From an uncultured Actinomycetes bacterium (GTDB lineage: Bacteria; Actinomycetota; Acidimicrobiia; IMCC26256; PALSA-610): DNA of 64,000 nt. Position numbers and translations under genes: made by a program. Of this stretch, positions 58,964 to 64,000 are shown in pieces (position 1 is the first letter of the stretch; every line of letters starts with the position of its first letter). The stretch covers positions 204,936 through 268,935 of the forward strand of contig CAVPMX010000002.1 in the NCBI GenBank assembly GCA_963706745.1, read 5' to 3'. The notes below the pieces were generated by a model. The model was not told the origin of the DNA. It saw only the letters and a program-made list of their open reading frames with translations, and ran no database searches.

Positions 58964-60481
58964 TCAGTGCAGGAAGTGCCGCTCGCCCGTGAAGACCATC
59001 GCCAGGCCGAGCTCGTCGGCGCGCTCGATCACTGCCTCGTCGCGCACCGAGCCGCCCGGCTGGATCACCGCCGCCACACCCGCCGCGGCCGCCGCCTCCA
59101 CGCCGTCGGGGAAGGGATAGAACGCGTCGGAGGCGCAGGCACCACCTTCCGCCCGCCCCGCCGCCTTCTTGGCCGCGATCTCGCCCGACTCGACACGGTT
59201 CTGCTGCCCCGCCCCGATGCCGACGGCCTGCCCGCCCTTCACCAGCACGATCGCATTCGACTTGACGTGCCCGCAGACGCGCCAGGCGAGCTCGACGTCG
59301 CGCCACTGCGCGTCGGTGGGCGACGCCTTGGTCACCACCTTCCACTGGTCGCGCCCTGCAACGAAGGCGTGTGGCGCCTGAACCAGGAATCCGCCCGAGA
59401 TCTGCCGGAAGTCGAGATCGACGCCACCCGGAGGGGGCGCTTCCAGTAGGCGCGTGTTCTTCCGCTTCGCAGCGAGCGCCTCGATCGCTCCTGGGGCGAA
59501 TCCGGGGGCTATCACGAGGTCTGCCTGCGGGCCGGCGACCATTCGCTCCACGGTCTGCGCATCGACCGTTCGGTTCACCGCGACGATCCCGCCGAATGCA
59601 GAGCGCTCGTCGCACGCGAGCGCCCGGTCGTAGGCGACGGCGAGCGTGGCGTCGAGAGCCACGCCGCAGGGGTTGGCGTGCTTGATGATCGCGCAGGCGG
59701 GCGAGGCGCCGAGATCGTGCACGAGGTGCCAGGCCGCGTCGGCGTCGTAGTAGTTGAGGTACGAGAGGGCGAGGCCACCGTGCTGCGCGACGTAGTCCCA
59801 CCAAGAGGTCGTGCCGCGTCTGCGGTAGCGGGCGGCGCGCTGGTGAGGGTTCTCGCCGTAGCGGAGCTCCTCGTCGGTCCGTTCGAGCGGCACGACGACG
59901 TGGCGCGGCAGGCGCTCACCCTCCTGCAACCACTCGACGATCGCGGCGTCGTATGCGGCGGTGTGCGCGAACGCCTCGAGCGCGAAGTCGCGGCGGGTCT
60001 CGTCGCCGATCGTGCCGTCGTTGGCGCGCAGCTCCGCGATCAGCGGCGCGTACTGGTCCGGTGAGGTGACGATCGTGACCCAGGCGTGGTTCTTCGCCGC
60101 GGCGCGGACCATCGTCGGGCCCCCGATGTCGATCGTCTCCACGTCGGGGCGCTCCAGGAACGGGTACAGGTTCGAGACGACGAGCTCGAACGGCCTGATG
60201 CCCAGTCGGTCGAGGTCGGCCCTGTGGCTCTCCTTGCCGAGGTCGGCGAGGATCCCGCCGTGGATCGCGGGGTGCAGCGTCACCACCCGGTGCTCGAGCA
60301 TCTCGGGGCTGCCGGTCACGTCGGCGACGCGGGTGACGGGGAGCCCGGCGTCCTCGATCGCGGTGGCGGTGCCTCCCGAGGAGACGAGCTCGACCCCCAG
60401 GTCTGCCAGCGCGCGTGCCAGCTCGGAGAGGCCGTCCTTGTCGAAGACCGACAGGAGGGCCCTCGTGATCTTCGTCCTCAT
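58964..60481 (-). CDS. purH: bifunctional AICAR transformylase / IMP cyclohydrolase
   Basis: [12 protein letters not shown]...SSGGTA...GGILA...AFYPFPDG...[10 protein letters not shown]. Confidence 0.95.
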   Translation of the reverse strand: MRTKITRALLSVFDKDGLSELARALADLGVELVSSGGTATAIEDAGLPVTRVADVTGSPEMLEHRVVTLHPAIHGGILADLGKESHRADLDRLGIRPFELVVSNLYPFLERPDVETIDIGGPTMVRAAAKNHAWVTIVTSPDQYAPLIAELRANDGTIGDETRRDFALEAFAHTAAYDAAIVEWLQEGERLPRHVVVPLERTDEELRYGENPHQRAARYRRRGTTSWWDYVAQHGGLALSYLNYYDADAAWHLVHDLGASPACAIIKHANPCGVALDATLAVAYDRALACDERSAFGGIVAVNRTVDAQTVERMVAGPQADLVIAPGFAPGAIEALAAKRKNTRLLEAPPPGGVDLDFRQISGGFLVQAPHAFVAGRDQWKVVTKASPTDAQWRDVELAWRVCGHVKSNAIVLVKGGQAVGIGAGQQNRVESGEIAAKKAAGRAEGGACASDAFYPFPDGVEAAAAAGVAAVIQPGGSVRDEAVIERADELGLAMVFTGERHFLH

Positions 60482-60527
60482 TCCTTCACTCTCGTTCCTT
60501 GGTTCTCGCTGCCGCGGCCCGGGCCAT

Positions 60528-61115
60528 TCACCGGGTGGCCTCTTCGCGGACCATGCGCTCCAGGACCTCGGGGTAGAGGCGACGCTCGACCTCCTTGATC
60601 CTCTCGTGAAGGGTCTCGACCGTGTCTCCGGGGAGCACCTCCACCGCCTCCTGAGCGAGGATCGGGCCGTCGTCGACGTCGAGCGTGGCGATGTGGACGG
60701 TGCACCCCGTCACCTTCACACCCGCCGCCACGGCCTCGTGCACTGCGTGCGCTCCCTTGAACGCGGGTAGCAGCGCCGGGTGCGTGTTCGTGATCCGTCC
60801 CCCGTAGGCGTCGAAGAGCGGCCTCTCCAGAATTGTCATGAACCCTGCCATAGCGACCATATCGACCTCACTTCGGCGGAGCACGTCGACCACCCTGTGG
60901 GTGTAACGAACCCTGTCGAAGGAGGGACCGAACTCCGTGCGCTCGACGATCTCGACCGGCACCTCCGCTCCGCGGGCCACCTCGACGGCCCCGCAGTCCC
61001 TGTCGACGACCACCTCCACGACCGGCAGGCCGCGGTCGAGGATCGCCCGCAGGATCGTGCCGCTCCCCGATGCCAGTACCCCGAGTCGCACGCGGCGGAG
61101 GCTAGCGCGAGACAC
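60528..61115 (-). CDS. purN: phosphoribosylglycinamide formyltransferase
   Basis: LGVLASGSGT...MAGFMTIL...ITNTHPALLPAFKG...GCTVHIATLDVDDGPILAQ. Confidence 0.9.
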   Translation of the reverse strand: MSRASLRRVRLGVLASGSGTILRAILDRGLPVVEVVVDRDCGAVEVARGAEVPVEIVERTEFGPSFDRVRYTHRVVDVLRRSEVDMVAMAGFMTILERPLFDAYGGRITNTHPALLPAFKGAHAVHEAVAAGVKVTGCTVHIATLDVDDGPILAQEAVEVLPGDTVETLHERIKEVERRLYPEVLERMVREEATR

Positions 61116-61217
61116 CTCCGCGCGGCCCAGGGGGTCGGAAATCCTCGTCTCGCGCCGCCCGGCATGCTCTACTTGACCGCGACTCTCACGGAGCGCACGC
61201 CCTAATCGGAGGTATCA

Positions 61218-61655
61218 GTGGACAAGCTCAAAGACCTGACCCTAGGCGAGAAGATCGTTGCCGCCGCCGGGGCACTGCTCCTGATCGACAGTTTCCTGCC
61301 GTGGTACAGCGTCGACATCGGCAGCGCGTTCGGGGTCAGCTACTCCTACACCCGCAACGGCTGGCAGAGCCCCGGCGGCCTCTGGTCGATGCTGGCGGTG
61401 CTGCTGGGCGTCGCGATGGCGGCACAGGTGATCGTCTCGAAGCTCGGTCTCGCAGAGCTGCCCGAGAAGCTCGGGAACTTCTCGTGGGGGCAGGTGCACA
61501 TGTTCGCCGGCATCGGCGCGCTGGCTCTCGTCGTGATCAAGTTCCTCGGCGAGAGCGACTACGTCGGATTCGGCATGTGGATCGGCTTCCTCTGCGCCGC
61601 CGGCCTCGCGTTCGGTGGGTTCACCATCAACAAGGAGCGGGCCTCCGCCGTATAG
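61218..61655 (+). CDS. four-TM membrane protein, paralog 1 of 3
   Basis: GTG with a GGAGG SD. LLLIDSFLPWYS...SKLGLAELPEKLGNFSWGQVHMF...GMWIGFLCAAG. Confidence 0.6.
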   Translation: MDKLKDLTLGEKIVAAAGALLLIDSFLPWYSVDIGSAFGVSYSYTRNGWQSPGGLWSMLAVLLGVAMAAQVIVSKLGLAELPEKLGNFSWGQVHMFAGIGALALVVIKFLGESDYVGFGMWIGFLCAAGLAFGGFTINKERASAV

Positions 61656-61889
61656 CAGCACCGGGCTGCACGGCGAAGAACGTCGACGGCTTCGAGGTGC
61701 GCGCCCGACGAGGCGCGCACCTCGAACCGCGACAGCTCGCACCCGGGCTGCGCTGCAGTCACGGCCCCCGCTCCGGCGGGGGCCGTCCAGTTCGTCGCCT
61801 CGTCGCCGTTCGGGTGAGGCGTCGGCATTCGTTGAGGTTCGTTCCACAATGTGTTCTCATGGCCGGGTAGCAGATCACGTCAACGCTTG

Positions 61890-62309
61890 ATGCCCAGCCC
61901 TGATGGAGGCGTCGTGGAGAGACCCAAGCCGACCCCGACCGATCTGATCCTCATCGGCAGCGCCGCCGTGATGTTGGTCGGCTCGTTCCTCGACTTCAGC
62001 GGAGACACCAGCGCCTGGGACTCCCGGGCGCTGCCGATCGTCACCCTGATACCCATCTACGGCCTGCTCATGGCCCTGCCCGTCGTCCTCTCCAAGCTCG
62101 CCGGCGTCAAGCTCCCGGATCTGGTCTTCGGGTTCAGCTGGGTGCAGATGAACGCTGTCCTAGCCGTCTTCGCAGTGCTGATGTCGGCGGCATGGATGAT
62201 CACCACCAACGACCCCGAAGCGGGACTCTGGCTGATGCTCATCGGATCGGCGGGCGCGCTGTACGGGTCCCTTGCGCCCATGATCGGGAGCTCGGAGACA
62301 CCGGCGTGA
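61890..62309 (+). CDS. four-TM membrane protein, paralog 2 of 3
   Basis: VERPKPTPTDLILIGSAAVMLVGSFLDF...LSKLAGVKLPDLVFGFSWVQMN...GLWLMLIGSAG. The start is uncertain (track ORF begins at 61851). Confidence 0.6.
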   Translation: MPSPDGGVVERPKPTPTDLILIGSAAVMLVGSFLDFSGDTSAWDSRALPIVTLIPIYGLLMALPVVLSKLAGVKLPDLVFGFSWVQMNAVLAVFAVLMSAAWMITTNDPEAGLWLMLIGSAGALYGSLAPMIGSSETPA

Positions 62310-62767
62310 ATCTCGACAGCCGAGAAGGGGGCAGTGCCGTGGAGCGCAAGCAGCCGTCGACCATCGACCTCGTCACGCTCGTCGCCGGCGGCATCGTCGT
62401 CGTCGGATCGTTCCTCGACTTCTACGACTACTCCGACTTCGGGGCGAGCATCAGCATGAGCGCTTGGAGCAGCGACCTCTTCTCGCCCGTCACGCTGATA
62501 CCCGTCCTCTGCGCAGCCATAGCGATCGTCCACGTCGCGCTCTCGAGCTTCACCGGCGTGAAGCTGCCGGCGCGCTTCCTCGGGCTCGGTTGGGACCAGA
62601 TACACATCGCCGTCGGGTTCCAGGCGACCGTGATGATGGTCGCCTTCCTCATCCAGGAGAAGGAGCCCTTCGGCATCGCCATCGGGTTCTGGCTGATGCT
62701 CCTCGGCTCCGTCGCCCTGCTCGTCGCAGCCGTCGGCCGTCAACGCGGGTCGACGCTCAGCGCCTAG
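62306..62767 (+). CDS. four-TM membrane protein, paralog 3 of 3
   Basis: GTGA overlap with the paralog 2 stop. VERKQPSTIDLVTLVAGGIVVVGSFLDF...FTGVKLPARFLGLGWDQIH...GFWLMLLGSVA. In frame with track ORF 62192..62767. Confidence 0.6.
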   Translation: MNLDSREGGSAVERKQPSTIDLVTLVAGGIVVVGSFLDFYDYSDFGASISMSAWSSDLFSPVTLIPVLCAAIAIVHVALSSFTGVKLPARFLGLGWDQIHIAVGFQATVMMVAFLIQEKEPFGIAIGFWLMLLGSVALLVAAVGRQRGSTLSA

Positions 62768-62835
62768 CGGCACTCGGAGCGCAGCGGCCGTCCTGGCACC
62801 AGCGAGGGCTGTCGCCGAACACCGACCGCTCGCCG

Positions 62836-63720
62836 TCACAGAGCGAGTACGACCTCGGCCATGAGGGTGCCCACCTCGGTCGGGTTCTGAGCCACGCGCA
62901 CGCCGACCGCCTCGAGAGCCTCGATCTTCGCTGCGGCAGTCCCCTTCGATCCCGAGATGATCGCGCCGGCGTGTCCCATCTTCTTGCCGGGGGGAGCGGT
63001 CACACCCGCCACGTAGGAGACGACGGGCTTGGACATGCTCGCGCCGATGAACTCGGCGGCCTCCTCCTCGGCCGAGCCCCCGATCTCGCCGATCATGATC
63101 ACTGCGGCGGTCTCCTCGTCGGCCTCGAACCTGGAGAGGCAGTCGATGAAGGTCGTCCCTGGAACGGGGTCTCCCCCGATCCCCACGCAGGTCGTCTGAC
63201 CTATCCCCTGCCGGGTCAGCTCGTGGAGCGCCTGGTAGGTGAGGGTGCCCGAGCGGCTCACGATGCCGACGGGCCCTCCGGGCAGGGCGATCTCGCCGGG
63301 AGTGATGCCGATGTTGCACTTGCCGGGCGAGATGACGCCCGGGCAGTTCGGGCCGAGGAGCTGCGTCGCCGGGTAGCGTCGCTTCAGGTCGTTGAAGAAG
63401 AAGGCCTCGTCGTGCGCGGGCACGCCCTCGGTGATGACGACGATCAGCTCCATGCCGGCCTCGGCCGCCTCGGCCACCGCGTCCTTCACCCCGGGCGCCG
63501 GTATGAAGATGCACGACACGTTGGCGCCCGTCGCATCGCGGGCCTCGGCGACACCGGCGAAGATCGGGACCCCTTCGACGTCGGTACCGGCCTTCTTCGG
63601 GTTGGTGCCTGCCACGACCTGTGTCCCGTACGCGCGGTTGCGCATGCCGTGGAAGCGCCCCTGGCTGCCGGTCAGTCCCTGGTACACGACCTTGGTGCTC
63701 TCGTCGACGAAGATGCTCAC
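62836..63720 (-). CDS. sucD: succinate--CoA ligase subunit alpha
   Basis: [14 protein letters not shown]...[11 protein letters not shown]...GIGGDP...[10 protein letters not shown]. Confidence 0.95.
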   Translation of the reverse strand: MSIFVDESTKVVYQGLTGSQGRFHGMRNRAYGTQVVAGTNPKKAGTDVEGVPIFAGVAEARDATGANVSCIFIPAPGVKDAVAEAAEAGMELIVVITEGVPAHDEAFFFNDLKRRYPATQLLGPNCPGVISPGKCNIGITPGEIALPGGPVGIVSRSGTLTYQALHELTRQGIGQTTCVGIGGDPVPGTTFIDCLSRFEADEETAAVIMIGEIGGSAEEEAAEFIGASMSKPVVSYVAGVTAPPGKKMGHAGAIISGSKGTAAAKIEALEAVGVRVAQNPTEVGTLMAEVVLAL

Positions 63721-63757
63721 TGGTAAGTCCCTCTATCCGTCATGTGGTCGCGTGCGA

Positions 63758-64000
63758 TCAGCGCGACGCGAGCTCGACGACCTTGCGGGCCGCGTCGAGC
63801 ATGGTGGGCTGGGAGATGAGGCGCTCCGACTCGTGCGACTTGATGATCGCCCGACCGTCGTCGGCGTTGGTGCCGTCGAGTCGGATCACGATGGGCGAGC
63901 GCACCTCGACACGCCCCAGCGCCTCGACGATGCCGCTCGCGACCTCGTCGCACTTGGTGATCCCGCCGAAGATGTTCACGAGTATCGCCTTGACGTTCGG
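63758..64000 (-). CDS. sucC: succinate--CoA ligase subunit beta (C-terminal part; 5' end off window)
   Basis: NIFGGITKCDEVASGIVEALGRVEVRSPIVIRLDGTNADDGRAII. The frame continues open to the window edge. Confidence 0.9.
   Translation of the reverse strand, partial: PNVKAILVNIFGGITKCDEVASGIVEALGRVEVRSPIVIRLDGTNADDGRAIIKSHESERLISQPTMLDAARKVVELASR

Noticed and set aside
58056-59804. Upstream ~580 codons of the 657-aa minus-strand ORF
   Set aside because: An off-frame overlap of folD and purH. Only the final 74 codons (zinc ribbon plus TM) look like an independent coupled gene.

Overview
High-GC (~70%) actinobacterial chromosomal segment. The lineage call rests on two WhiB-family genes, senX3/regX3, a ppk-Nudix-histidine phosphatase arrangement as in mycobacterial ppk1-mutT1, an F420-type LLM oxidoreductase and sucCD...purNH-folD synteny. 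Content is mostly core metabolism. (1) A roughly 12-kb phosphate-homeostasis super-locus at 2.3-14.7 kb: ppk, Nudix, SixA-like, regX3-senX3, DUF47-pit, pstB, phoU and pstACS, with PHO-box-like direct repeats. (2) htrA, tatA, msrB and formimidoyltransferase. (3) A sigma54-type/ChlI-like AAA+ ATPase and a VWA gene, both riddled with frameshifts, flanking an intact GH1 gene, then a GH2 gene. (4) sdhCAB, a PhoX-like phosphatase, an acyl-CoA ligase, csoR, a CoA-transferase and glpD/FAD-oxidase/glpK-like genes. (5) An uncharacterised operon led by a stand-alone PEP-utilising swivel (phosphohistidine) domain protein. (6) An AAA+/SBP/SBP-VWA lipoprotein/coiled-coil membrane protein/PspA cluster. (7) A CDF transporter, an ogt-fumarase operon, mdh, folD, purH, purN, three paralogous membrane proteins and sucDC. 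I found no tRNA/rRNA genes, CRISPR array, transposase or integrase. The most unusual signal is a dispersed, modular ~92-bp repeat family at 35.1 kb, 44.8-45.1 kb and the folD 3' end. Each unit is a mini-ORF that ends in an ATGA (or GTGA) stop/start overlap and carries its own Shine-Dalgarno sequence, so units chain into translationally coupled uORFs feeding the downstream gene. This is MIRU-like in logic. The second notable signal is 13 single-nucleotide frame disruptions confined to five genes, seven of them in one VWA gene. Many long Arg/Pro/Gly-rich ORFs in the track are antisense or off-frame shadows typical of high-GC DNA and were not called. Coordinates of internal starts were computed from track frames.
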